A stretch of 64,000 nucleotides of DNA from Octopus bimaculoides (lineage: Eukaryota). The DNA lies in contig NC_068989.1 in NCBI RefSeq assembly GCF_001194135.2, forward strand, positions 70,638,191-70,702,190. Direction: 5' to 3'. Under the pieces are notes generated by a model. That model was given only the letters and a program-made list of their open reading frames with translations. It did not search any database and was not told where the DNA came from. Shown here in pieces: positions 25,651 to 39,802 of this stretch (its first letter is position 1; every line of letters starts with the position of its first letter). Both the position numbers and the translations under genes were made by a program.

Positions 25651-28600
25651 CACTACTTTTGTTTTAATTAGTTTGAAAATAAGGAAGAATTTTGTAAAAT
25701 AACTTGAGCTAGTGTTGGGAACATAAATTTATAAATTTACATGGAATTTTGATGGAAGGTTTTGATTTAGATCACTTTTAAAACAGGAAGTTTGTATCTA
25801 GAATCAGGGTCAATCTTAGACGATTTGGCATTAAAAGGGTCAATAAATTATATCATAGAATTTATTTGTTTGTTTGTATGTCTGGCAAGGAAATCTCATC
25901 TAAAGAATAATTCTGCACCGGAAAAAAGATATCTCTTTTTAAAATGCAGTAGAGTTTGAGAATCCGTAAAAATATGTTGCAAATGCACAATGAAAAGATT
26001 TGTAACAACTGTTCTCTGTTCTCACAAACAGACAAACATCTTTTGTGTGTGTGCATGCATGCATGTGTATGTGCGTGTGTCGGGGGTGTGGAGGTATAAT
26101 AGGATGTTATATTTTAGGACATCAAGAGTTCATGACAATGACTAAATCTATTCTTAAAATCACATCAACAAAAATTCAGAAAATGTGATGTGATGACAAA
26201 ACACTGAGGTTTCATTTCAAACAGAAGGGTTAAATGTAAACTGAATATCCAGAAAGAAAACAGAAAGGCTTGAGAAAAATCTAAATTAATTTTTAATTTA
26301 TAGATATGAGATCAAGGCATGGCTATGTGGTTAAGTCTACTTTGTAACAAAATGGTTTCAGGTTCAGAACCATTGCATGACAATCTGGTGAGGTGGGGTT
26401 TGGTAAATGGGAACTGAAAGAAGTCAGTAATATGTGTGTGCATACATACATACATTTTCTGTTTTTAATTATTTGAAATCTTCCTGTAAATAAAGAGCTG
26501 GTTTCTAACAAAGATACAAAGCTCCATTGTTAAAATGTAGATAACAAAAACAATGTCACATTTTAAACTCGAGAAAAGTCTTGCAGATTTTTATTGTTTC
26601 ACTTACAAATTGTATTAGTAATATGTGAATTAGCTAGCTAATTTCTTTTCCAGAAAACCCAAGCTTAACCAGATTATTGATTAGGCCTTTACTCAACAAA
26701 AAGAAGTGCACCAATTATTATTATTGGTAAAAGTGTGAATTTATTAGCTGGAGGTTTTTAAATAGTTGTCCATAGTTATCCTCTTTCATTTGATTTCTGG
26801 AGAGATATTCATCTCAACAAGGCAGCTAACTTCTATGACAATACATACTTTTGCTTGTCTGTTCGAAAGAACAATACAAGACCTGCTACGTTTGCAGCTG
26901 ACAGAAGTTTTGATGGAAATGTTTCACCAATATCCCCTGTGTTGCTGTTTGTGTATATATTCAATAACAGGGGTGTTCTCTATATTTATTCCAGGACAAT
27001 CTTTTTTTCAGATGGCATTGCATATTGTTTTCGCGACAGTATTATATCACATATGGAGGTAGGACCTCGATGACATTTTTGGGCAGCTGGTATTCATGTG
27101 AGATGTCTTCCACAGAAATAAGACAATCTACATTTTTGGTTGCATCTTGGAACTCTAAGGGCTTCACTGTCTCTTTCATTTACCATTAATGTATGTGTGT
27201 GTGTCCTTGTTTTGACATCATGTAATAACTGTAAATGAGTGTCACCATCATACAAGCAGTATCATTCATTCCCAATCTTCCACAAAAACATATCTGGTAA
27301 TGGGGAAATACTACATTGCTTGAAATAAGGGTTGGCAAAGGAATTAAAATGACGATGAAGATGATGATAGCGGTAGTGGTGGTGATGATATCAGAAATCT
27401 TGGCCCTAGTTTAAGTGCCAATACATGAAAGAAAAACGAGAACAAACAAAATTACATGGAGGAATTATAAAGAAATCAATATCTATATCTGAAGCGTGAT
27501 TCTCACTTAACCATTTTGGTTAATTACTATTTCAAAGAGAAGAATAAAATTGTTATCTTTAATGTTTGCTGAAAATGCTAGTAAACTTTTACACAAATCT
27601 TATTGATAAAATATAAAAGAAAGGAAATTAATAGATTACTAGCTAAACACAAACAGTAATTTATTTAGCTCGTTTGTTTCATCTAAGAACCTATGAAGAA
27701 AGACAGCTTGCTTTATTAATATTAATAGATTTTTTTTTAGTATAATTTTTCATAAATATTTAATTTGTTTTGCTTATGAAAAAAAAAACAAAGGTTTATA
27801 TCAAATCAATAAAGAAAAAAGTTGATGATGATTATGAAATAGGTAATTAACATAACAAATGTTTTTACTTTTTTCTTTGTAAATCCATTCAAAACAATTG
27901 CATATGTATGTAGAAAGCCAAGAGCTTTGTCTCTCAGAAATATAATATAATCTCTGGATACAGTAAACTAATCTTTTTGATACCAATTCATCCCTGAGAC
28001 TAGCCCTGCTTCTATAATACAAATTTCCTGTTTTAAAGTGATTTAAATAAAACCATCTATCCAAATTTCATGTAAATTCATTTCAGACACCAGCTTAATA
28101 GGGACAAAATTATTTTACGGAATCTTCATTAATTTCAAAATTAATTGAAACGAAGGCAGTGTATTTGAACAGAAATATGGCAACAAAATAGTTAAAGTGA
28201 TCTAAATTAAAACCTTCCATCAAAATTTCATGTAAATCTGTTTCAAATGCCAGCTTAATAAATCATTATTTTCAAAATTAATTTCTGAAATATAGGCAGT
28301 GCATTTTCAACAGAAATATGGTAATAAAAACGATAAGATTGTAAACTGGATAAAAAAAAAAAGAAGTTAAAGATTAAATTGTTCAGTGGACATGGAGTTA
28401 AGTTATCAGCTTATGGTCTTATAACTGTTGTGCTGTCTACTACAGCCCCAAACTGACAAAAGCCTTGTGCCTTGTGAGTGGATTTGGTAGTTGGAAACTG
28501 AAAGAAGCTCATCATATACGCACATGTGTGTGTACATAGATGCTTGTGTCACCTTGCTTTCACATCATGTGATAGCTGTAAACAAACATCATCATCATAG

Positions 28601-30550
28601 AGTCTAGCCAAAGAGAAATATTACCTTGTTTGGAAAGAGGAAGGACACCAAATTGCTGAAAAATCTGCTTCAACAAATTCTGTCTAACCTATGCAAGCAT
28701 GGAAAAGTGGATGTTAAAACGATGATAATGTCAAGGCTGTTTCTGATGGATTAAATGAGGATCATCCCCTTATGCTTATGAATATTAAATATCCACAATT
28801 AAAATCTATAACTACCAATGATAATGATTTTGAAGTTTAGTCCCAAATTATATTGAAAATTAGGGAAAATAAGTTTTATCATAATTGATACAGATACCAA
28901 TTGTTTATCATCGTGATAACATTAGTAACTACCTTTAACTCAAAGTTCTATACCACAGTTATGCACACTTGTCATTGTATCTTGAACCACAAGTAAACAC
29001 AATTTCAATAGTGATGTGATTTGGGTATGAAAAATAGGAGCTAAATACTCTTCTGTGTGAGAAGCAAAATTTAGCCTTGTTTTAGAATGAACATCCTGTT
29101 GAAAGACTTACTGTTTGCACCATTTGTATTTATATGGCATTTTATCAAGTAAATTTCCTGAGATTTTATCCATCTTGAATTTTCAAGCATAATGACAGTT
29201 AAAACTTCAAATAGTGACTTAGAATTCATAGGAAATCAATATCTTGTAAATATATGTGGAAACACTTACATGTAATCAACTTAACTGTATTCAACCCACC
29301 TTTGCTAAGGGAATGTGATATGAAAACAGGTTTAAAAAAAAAAAGTCACATTCACACTGCTTCGGCAAATTTCATCCAAATTCATTCAATAGTTATACAT
29401 TTATGATTTTTATACCAGACTAACTGCATTTCATCAAAATCTCTAGTTTGTAACAGGATTGAAGAATTTTTGTAGGAAAAGCACTACAGAACTTTAAGGA
29501 GTTAGAAACACCCTTCTTCAAACCAGAATCTAAAATGAATCAATTTCATACAAGGAGTATCAATGTCAAATTAAAATCATCATCATTAACATATTCATCA
29601 TTGTTTTAAAATCCACTTTTCTATGCTTGCACGAATCAAATTCACTGAGGCAGATTTTCTACAATCAGATGCCCTTCCTGTCACCAACCCCTTACTTGTT
29701 TCCAAGGAAGATAATTTCACATGACCAGACTTGGTTTCGATGGGGGATTGGAAATGATTTCATGACCATTACAATATCAAGACAAGGACACACACACAAA
29801 CAGGCTTCTTACAATTTTTATCTACCAAATCCATTCACAAGGCTTTTAGTTGACCTGAGACTAAAATAGAAGACACTTGCACCAGGTGCCACATCGTGGG
29901 ACTAAATCTGAAACCACATAGTTGGGAAGTAATCTTCTTAACCACACAACCATAATACTATATAAGAACTTCTCACAGCACAGTGATTCAAACCTGAATA
30001 CTAAACATGATTATTTTATATATTTTATTTAATATCATTTCACAACAAATTTACTTTTGCTTTAAGAAAAAGAAAAAACCCCCCTCAAAACAAAATATAT
30101 TTGAAGAATGTAACCCTGCACATTCATTTCAATTATGCATTGAAAAAGTCTTTTTTTTAATGGGTTTGTGTGTGGCATTAGAAAGACCAAAATACTTCCT
30201 GTATATTTTATCTTCCTTTTATCCTTCACCCTCATCTATTGTTGCAATAATTCTCTTTCCATTACTTTATTTTTTTTTCAAAAAGCACTTCCTGTGTGAA
30301 ATCCATGCCAGAGTGCTATAGAGAAACTAAAACTTATTGCAAGTAATTATTTAGTGTAAAAAAAAAGAAGAAGAAAAAACTGTTGAAAAAAAGACTGCTG
30401 ACAGTTTCAGGTTTAACACAAATTTGAATACAATTTTAGAAATCTAATTTCTAAGCTATTATGTAACCAAATGTGAAAAGGACTAAATTTAACTTTAACA
30501 ACCAACCAATACAGAGGGGATGATCGTCTCTTCTTTCTAGACAATGTATT

Positions 30551-30611
<61 letters not shown>

Positions 30612-30726
30612 NNNNNNNNNNNNNNNNNNNNNNNNNNNNNNNNNNNNNNNNNNNNNNNNNNNNNNNNNNNNNNNNNNNNNNNNNNNNNNNNNNNNNNNNN
30701 NNNNNNNNNNNNNNNNNNNNNNNNNN

Positions 30727-30789
<63 letters not shown>

Positions 30790-33700
30790 TGAGTAGGAGT
30801 GAGTTGAGACACTGAAATGGATTAACAAAGCAACACATTTGTATTACAACGTTCTGTTTAGCTGTATCTTGGCAGAGAGGCAGTTCAAAGCAATAGCAAT
30901 ACAATAATACCACTATTGAAAATGAGAATAGCTTAGTGTTAAGGCATTTAACCCTATTGTTGCCATATTTCTGTTGAAATATACATCCTTTGTTTCAATC
31001 AATTTTCACAGAATTGAACAATTTAGTAAAATAACTTGACCATATTTAAGCTGGCATTAAAAAACATAAATAAACATGAAGTTTAGATGGGTTGGGTGGG
31101 TTATTATGGATCATTTTAAACCTTTTGTTTACCATATTTATGTTGAAATACACAGTCTTTGTTGCAATTAATTTTTAAGATAATGAAGAATTTAGTAAAA
31201 TCACTTAGTCATTATTAAGCTGATGTTAAACATAAATTCACGTGAAATGGGAAATTTTAACTCTTTAACATCGAGATTACTTTTTATTAATTGCTGGTAG
31301 AGACACCGTATTTCATTTTGCAATCATAATATGCTACCAAGTATATTAAAGTCTTATGCGTCAATATTGTGTCCTACTTTTAGTGATAGCAGTGCAATTC
31401 AATCTGAGATAACTTAGATTACTCTGTCAAATCTAATGCTTATTTATTCACATTGTTGAATTAATCATTCATTACCTCATAGCTTCAAGATTGTTTATTT
31501 TTAGAATGACATTGTGGGATAGGTGTGAGAGGTAGGATCTGGCCAGTATGAATGTAAAGCAGGTAAGAATATTTGGACTGAATATGGCCAGTTTAAATGC
31601 TAACGGATTAATTTAAATCACTTTAAAACAAAGTTTGTATCATTGTACCAGAAGTGGTCTCAGGAAGGTTGGTATCAAAAGGGTTAAAATGTAGAAATGT
31701 TGAATTCTTATATTTGGATGGTACTTTGATACCACTTATTTTAATCAACAGGCAAAGTTCCGATGATGTCATAGCTACTTCAATTCAAGGTGTAAAAGAA
31801 TTTACATATCATAGCAAATGTTTTTCTGCTGTTATTTATTTACCAGAAACAAGCTACAAGAAACCAGAGACACAGCTGTAATGCCACAACAAACATAAAT
31901 GGTTGAAAGCAAAAGACTTTTGCAGATTTATTGCCTTTTGTGGAAACATTAATCAAATCAAAGTATACAAGGCAACAGTGTTGACATTTTAGTTCCCTTA
32001 AATCTTTTAAATTTGGGACATACATAAAAAGAAACCCAACACTGATTTCAGTATCATATCATTGTCATCTTTTTAACATCAACTTTTCCATGCTTGTATA
32101 AGTCGGACAGAATTCATTGAGGCAGATTTTTTAAGACTGGGTGCCTTTCCTGTTGCCAAATCTCAACCTTTTTTACCAAGCAAGGTAATATTACCCCATG
32201 GCCAGACAGGTTTTCACAACAACTATGTGATGTGAAAACAAAAATACACACACACACACACAACAGGCTTCTTTCAGTTTCTGTCTACCAAGTTCACTTA
32301 CAAGCCTTTGGACAGCCCAAATATAGTAAACAACACTTGCCTAAGTTGCCAGGCAGTGGGAAGAAGTTTGCTTCCTAACTACAAGGTTCCAGATTCAGTC
32401 CCACTGCATGGCACCTTGGGCAAGTGTTTTCTACTATAGCTCTGGGCTAACCAAAACCTTGCAAGTAGATTTGGAACATAAAACTTGAAAGAAGCCCATT
32501 GTGTGTGTGTGTGTGTGTGTTTGGCAACCACCACTTGACAACTGGTGTTGGTCTGTTTATGTCCCAGTAACTTAGCAGTTCAGCTAAGAGGCCAATAGAG
32601 TAAGTATCAGGCTTAAAAATAAGTACTGGGGTCGATTTGTCTCGCTAAACCCTTCAAGGCAGTGCCCCAACATGGCCACAGTCTAATGACAGAAACAAGT
32701 AAAAGAATAAAAGCATAAACAAAAACGAAGAGAGAGAGAGGGAGAGGGAGAGGTCAATTTAAAATTAAATCCTTTGTAAGAAGTTGAGCAGCAGCATTTT
32801 GGCAAGATAATGACCCTTCTGAGAAGATTAGGGTCAAAAGTTGACTTTTCTATTGCAATTATCTTGATTTTACTGTTGGATACAAAGAACGAAATTACTG
32901 TAGTACAGTTTAAAATATTTTAAGGAGCGATTGAAATGAAAGATCTTGAAGGCAGCTAAGAAGTAGAAATGGTAAAGTATAGAACAAAAGGCTTAAGAGT
33001 ATATGCTAAAAAAAAAAAAATTACAAAAGCAAAAACAAGATAATTAATCACTGCAATTACTCAGACATGCTATCCACAACCCTGCCTCCATCTAATTAAA
33101 AATACTTAAGCAATGAGACTATTTTAATCCATTTTTGTAGCAATTATAAGGTCGGTGAAATCTGTTTTGCTGTGGAGATCTAATAAGTCTAAGACATGCT
33201 TGGAGTTGTCTCCCATACTTGCTATATAAAAATATATATATATAAATTTTCTTTTTTTATTTCATGATTACTATACAAGGTTAATACTAAATTAATACTA
33301 TTCATTTTCTTCCCATTATATGCTAGCTTCAAAAATGGGATGGGTGGCATATCATCATCATCATCATTTAATGTCTGCTTCTCCCATGCTTACATGGATC
33401 TGATGGAATTTGTTGAGGCAGCAAATTTTCTATGGCTGGATGCCCTTACTGTTGCCAACACTCACCACTTTCCAAGCAAAGAGATATTTTCCCATAGCTA
33501 GGCATGTTTTTCACTGAAGACTAGAAACAGACAACTTCGCTTGTATGGCAGTGATGCCCATTTACAACTACCAGTCTAACAATTCTGCTAGCTCACTACC
33601 TTACTACTACTACTACTAACACAACAATCCTGAGATTTTAAGGGAGGGTGTACTTATTTTATCGACCCCAAAAGGACGAAAGGCAAAGTTGACTATGGCA

Positions 33701-34418
33701 GTATTTCAACTCAGAACATAAAGATGGATGAAATACTGCTAAGCATTTTGCATGGCACACTAATTATTCTGCCAGCTCACCACCTTACTACTACTTCTAA
33801 TGATAATAATAACTAAAATTCTCCAAAATGTAATCTGCAGTTGCACTACATGGCTCTTTTAAACAATTGTTTCTCAGAAAAGATTACATGCTGGTGGTGC
33901 TCCAGCATGGCCGCAGTCAAATGACTGAAACAAGTAAAAGAGTAAAAGAGTATACACACACATCTAATATCTATCTAGCTATCTATATATATATATATAT
34001 ACACACATACATATATATTTTTTGGCAGATGTGTGGGTGAGTATGTGTGTTTCAAGTGAGGGTGGATGAGTGTATATAGGCGCATGTACGTGGGTGTGCG
34101 GACGCGCATGTGTATGTATGCACTGGTGTGCTTACGCGAATACTATGGACATTTTTACTCCCTTACCTTTACTGCCTCCCCTCTCTTGTCTTAATAACAG
34201 TCAACCACACAGTAATTTCCTTTTGTTTAACGGTCATTTTCATAGCATTCTTTGATGGCCAGATAACTGAAGAGATGGCGGCATGGGTTTCTGCCCCAGC
34301 ATCCGAAACTCAGAGTTTTATTATGGCTACCAAATAATTGTCATGTATTATTTACAGATAAATTCTTCTATTTACATAATATCAAGGTCTCTTTCTTTTG
34401 TTGTCTTACCTTTTCTAT

Positions 34419-34473
<55 letters not shown>

Positions 34474-37400
34474 TATATGCAAATATATATATATATTTGT
34501 ATAGTTACAACAACACACACAGAGATCAATCATTGATAATCCTGATAAAATGATTATTATGAAAAAAAAAGAAAGAAAAAAAAGCAAAAAGATAAATAAA
34601 AACCCAAACAAACTGCCTATCGATTTGCAACTTAAATGCTTCAAATAATAAAATAAATAGGTTAGAAAAAAGATAAAAATAAACTTAAAAATAAAAAACA
34701 ACTAAATAATGCAAAGTTGTACACAAATCAATAAACTAGCAAAAATTAACACAAAAACAAAACATGGCCACCACCATCAGTCTATATTTTTGGATAGCTC
34801 AAACTATTAGTTTGAATGCTTTCCTGAAAGCCACTTGATACATCTATGATTTCTGGGTTTCCATTTCACTAGAATTGACTTCTTGTCTTCTTTCTTGTTT
34901 TGTTTTGATTTTCCATCCCGGCAGTGAAGTTGTTAAGAGTAAGGATCGGTAATGATCTTATCAAATAGAATTAATTCGTATAAGCTTTGTGATGTGTTAA
35001 CTAATCGGCCTTGTAACACCAACTGCCTAATCAACTCTATGTGCATCAATGTCAAAAACAAATCATTTAACAGACACACAAACATATATATGCGCACACA
35101 CATGAATATATATATGTGTGTACGTGTGAGTGTAAGAGAGACAGACAGACAATGAGTGATAGAATGGACCCAAATATTTAACTGGTACTTTATTGACCTC
35201 AAAAAAAAAAAAAGTAATGTTGACCTTGACAGGATTTGAACCTAGAATGAAAACAAGAGCATATACCACAAAATATTCTAACTGAAACTGTAGCAATTCC
35301 ACCATCCTGAACAGATATTTACAGACCCTGAAAGGACTAAAAGGCAAAACTGATCCCTGTGGGATTTGAACTCAGCTCACTGAGGATCAGAACAAATACT
35401 GAAAAGCATTCTTTCCAACACTCCAAAGGCTCTGCTACTTAATCACCTCACTGCTCTGTTACCCATTATTAAATACTACCTTTTGTCTAGGCCCAAGATC
35501 AACTTTTCTAAGAGAATATATTTAATTCAATATAACATTTGAGTGTTTGGAAACATCCTTGGCATCATCATCATCATCATCGTTTTCATGTCTGCTTTTC
35601 CATGTTTACATGGAGTAGATGGAATTTGTTGAGGCACATTTCGTACAGTCAGATGCCCTTCCTGTTGTCAACCTTCACCTGTTCCCAAGTAAGGTAGCAT
35701 TTCCTCATAGCTGGACATGTTTTCACAATGGATTGAAAGCAAATGGCATTGCTTATATGATGTTCATTTACAACTACCATGCCATGCCATGCCACAACAC
35801 ACATGCACACACACACACACCATGCTGAAGATTCCAAATGGATGAAATGGGACCAGACACAGCTATCACTGGGTAAAACTTTAAGAATTTTATTTTATGA
35901 TGAACACACACACACACACTCACACACATATGTATATATATAAAACAATTAAAAACTAAAAATTAAATATATACTTCAATGTAACGGAATTTAATGTAGG
36001 AAAGATTCTCTCCCCTTCGATGGTAAATTCACTACAGGTAGAACACGTGTGTGTGTGTGCATGTGCGTGTACACACACATGTATATATGTAAAGGTAAGA
36101 TCCAGGGATCCAGGTGTAGGAAGTTAGTAAGTTTCAAGCCGTCCATAGAAGGTATAAAAACAACTTTCAGGAACAATAGTGGTTTATTGACAGAGAAGGT
36201 GGTAAAATTTTTCCCATATTGAAGTTCGATAAGCTGAAAAATGTTATTTAATAGTTTACAGTTAGCAGCTGGGGTTGCTGTGTATTCGAATAAAACTCCA
36301 AAATTATGGAATGGCGTAGATAAAATCCAGGCTACATGTTTCCTAGCAAGTAGAGCCTCGGAAACAGTAATTACCCAAACGAGGGGTAATCCCCAGCTAC
36401 TCATTGGGCCAAAGATACCTTAACCAAATGAAGTTACATTGTTGTCAAAGGATCCCGTGTGAACTTGCAGGAGATTTGATTGAAAATGTGTGGAAAGCAC
36501 AAAGTTAGAGGGGGAAAAAAAAGAAATGTTGTATGAAGAAATAATATATGGGAGTGGGTAAATATCTAAACCTGATAAGGAAAAGAATATGAAAAAGAAA
36601 AGGAGAGGGGGATGAATAGGATACACACACACATGCACAGATGACAGGCTTTTTTGAGTTTTGGTCTATTAAATCCACTCACAGGGCTTTGGTTGGCTTG
36701 GGGCTATAGTAGGAGACACTTACACAAGATGCCACACTATAGTGCTGAACTTGAAGCCATGTGGTTGACAAGGAAACTTCTTAACCACATAGGCAGGCTG
36801 ACTTGTACTTATATTATTGAATCCTGACAGGACAGAAGACAGATGCCCTGATGATGTCTGTAACTTGGATTGCAAATAAAAATCTCAGCTGCATGTATAT
36901 AAAAAAAATTAAAGAAAAAAAACAACACAGCGCCATGCAATTCTCCCCTGACCTCACAATTAATGGTATTACATTGCAATTCTCAGTGAGCAATAAATAA
37001 ATATATAAATAAACTGTGAATGTGAATCATTAATTGGATTACCCTTGGAATAATCTAGACATTAAATTGGTCATTAAATGATGACAAACGAGTGTCTGAT
37101 AATGATTAAAGTTCAAGAATAACTGGTAACTTCGGTTTGTTTGTTTCCCCCCACTGAAACATAAAAAAAAAGAAGTCTGGCAAATGGTCAAGCAGCACCA
37201 GAATTGTCTCCTTGGGTCTTTTTTTGTCTTGTTTGAGAGAGAAATTGCTGTGACTCAAACTTAACCGAATTTCACTAAGGTCCCATACACAATGAACTGT
37301 ATGGTGGTGGTGGCGATTTTGGTGAATTAGATTACCAAAGAATACCGAGAAAATTAGCAAGGAAAACCAGGTTAAATGCCTATTATCATTAAATAAGTGC

Positions 37401-37724
37401 CAAATGTGTCAGAAATAAATTTCACAAGTTTCTTAAATAAAAAAGAAAAGTGAAGGAGAAATAATTTTAAGTTGTATTTTAAAAGAATGTCTATTGTCAT
37501 AACATGCTTTCAGCAATTCATTGATATCTAATATTTGAATATAGAAGATTTTGATCTTGATCAGAAATGGATAAATGGTGACTGGCGGGACTTTCTGAAT
37601 GGTACACCTAAATGAAAAAAATTACACTGAATTTTTCTTTTAGTAGTGTGGCCAGCCTGATAATATGTCAAATTTCATGCACCCTACTTCTTGAAAAAGG
37701 TTGCTAATGCTTTATTTAGATCTT

Positions 37725-37880
37725 TATACCCTCCAGCCTTCATCAGGTGTCTTGGGGGAAATTTCAAACCTGATGAAGCCTGGAGAGTATATCAACCGAA
37801 ACGTTGTGTTAACAACAAAGAAGATGAGGACAAATATCCGTCAAATGTAAATAATGTACATAATTCCACATCTCTTAAAT
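37725..37880. mobile_element. Penelope-like element terminal fragment containing a degenerate minimal hammerhead ribozyme, partly duplicated as an inverted repeat
   Basis: Plus strand shows CTGATGA (37770-37776), then stem II remnant gcctg..caacc, GAAAC (37798-37802), GTT and GTGTT. The opposite strand carries GACAC-CTGATGA-A-GGCTG, truncated before GAAA. Minimal type-I hammerheads are an established feature of Penelope-like elements. Confidence 0.6.
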
Positions 37881-38271
37881 ATAGAACTGAATGGTGATTA
37901 TATTTTCAATNNNNNNNNNNNNNNNNNNNNNNNNNNNNNNNNNNNNNNNNNNNNNNNNNNNNNNNNNNNNNNNNNNNNNNNNNNNNNNNNNNNNNNNNNN
38001 NNNNNNNNNNNNNNNNNNNNNNNNNNNNNNNNNNNNNNNNNNNNNNNNNNNNNNNNNNNNNNNNNNNNNNNNNNNNNNNNNNNNNNNNNNNNNNNNNNNN
38101 NNNNNNNNNNNNNNNNNNNNNNNNNNNNNNNNNNNNNNNNNNNNNNNNNNNNNNNNNNNNNNNNNNNNNNNNNNNNNNNNNNNNNNNNNNNNNNNNNNNN
38201 NNNNNNNNNNNNNNNNNNNNNNNNNNNNNNNNNNNNNNNNNNNNNNNNNNNNNNNNNNNNNNNNNNNNNNN

Positions 38272-38330
<59 letters not shown>

Positions 38331-38644
38331 TAATTTATTAGACTGCATCTTGTGATGCAGTCGAATAAATTATGTTAATTATACAATGTCACTCCGTTCA
38401 CAATCTTTATACTTTTCTAGGATCACAATTTAAGAGTCAGTGCTAAAAGACAAATGATTGGCCCACCATCCTTTAAATTAGCACCTTACTTTCTTGGCCA
38501 ATTACCAGTTTCTTTTGTTCCAAACCGATCATAAAAAAGAAAGGGAAAAAAAAAGAAAAAAAGAAAAAAAGAAAAACCTAGCGTGAATATCCTATAAAAT
38601 CAATGGTTGTTTGTTAATGAATGAATGAAGATAACACCAATTAC

Positions 38645-38718
38645 CTCTAGATCCAGTGGCCATGTCAGCAACTTTCTGAAACGTATCCAAAAATGCACTG
38701 ATTGCTATTTGTGTGGTT
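38645..38718 (-). CDS. MTSS1: Internal coding exon (equivalent to vertebrate exon 3) of an MTSS1/MIM (missing-in-metastasis) family IMD/I-BAR domain protein
   Basis: Minus strand reads cttaatttttctttttctcttccag|A ACC ACA CAA ATA GCA ATC AGT GCA TTT TTG GAT ACG TTT CAG AAA GTT GCT GAC ATG GCC ACT GGA TCT AGA G|gtaatt. It has a strong polypyrimidine acceptor and GT donor, is 74 nt, and is phase 2 to phase 1. The peptide TTQIAISAFLDTFQKVADMATGSR matches human MTSS1 TTVVAAAAFLDAFQKVADMATNTR at 17/24 (reference recalled from memory). Length and phases also match my recollection of the vertebrate exon. MTSS1 versus MTSS2 orthology cannot be resolved from one exon. Confidence 0.93.
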
Positions 38719-39425
38719 CTGGAAGAGAAAAAGAAAAATTAAGAAAATTAGATTTATGGAGAAAAATAACAACACACACACACACACAAAAACAAAAAAA
38801 AAAACAAATGTGAAACATTTTATGCATATTATTTTAATTAGTTTTTGTTTTTGTGTGGGGTTGGAGTTGTCTGTTTCTGTTTTGGAAAACTAGAAATGAA
38901 GAAAAACTTTTTCAAAGAATATTCTCAAAAATACATTTATTTGTGGTATAAAGTCATCATGAACATTGTGTGTGTGAGTGTAAATGTGTGTGTGTCAGTG
39001 TAAACGCGCATGTGTGTGTGTTAGCGAGAGTTTATATATGTATGTATTTATATTAGCATCATCATTTAACATCCATTTCCATGCTGGCATGCATTAGATG
39101 GTTTGACTGGAGCTGGTAAGCCAGAGAGTTGCATTAGCCTCCAGTCATTTGTCTTGGCCTAGTTTCTATGGCTGGACACCCTTTCTAATGCCAACCACTT
39201 TACAAAGTGTACTGGCTGCTTTTACATGTCACTGGCACTGGCCATGCCCAAGATTTCACTTAGCTTGAAGTGTCTTCTCAAGTACAGCAAATCGGTAGAA
39301 GTCTTGGTCACTTGTCATCACCTCTGTGAGACTCAACATCCGAAAATCACATTTCACCACCTCATCCCAGTCCTATGTCTTCTCAGGTCTATCTCTCCCA
39401 CAAGTTCCCTATACATGTGTGTATG

Positions 39426-39473
<48 letters not shown>

Positions 39474-39802
39474 TAGATAGATAGATAGATAGATAAACAA
39501 TGTCATAAGAAAGATTAGAGAATTTTGGTATTAATTACACATACTCTTTCAAGTTTAGGCAGAAGGCTAACAATTTTGAGAGGAGGGGTAACCAATTACA
39601 TCAAACCCAGTATTTGACTGACACTTTATTTTACCAGCCTCAAAAGTTGAAAGGCAAAGTTGGCTCTGGCAGAATTTGAACCCCAAACATAAAGACCCAG
39701 AAGAAATACTGAAAACGGATGTTAAATGATGATGATTTTACTCTAATGATTCTGTTAGTTCATTAAAAAATTCTGTTTCGCTCTATTAAGATTTTCATTT
39801 AA

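Noticed and set aside
26766-27180. Non-repeat block with overlapping ORFs and a 47-nt AG/GT-bounded segment
   Set aside because: No frame resembles MTSS1 exons 4-5 or any family I recognise.
36100-36500. Higher-complexity block that might be a decayed retroelement ORF
   Set aside because: No diagnostic RT, endonuclease or transposase motif in any frame I translated.
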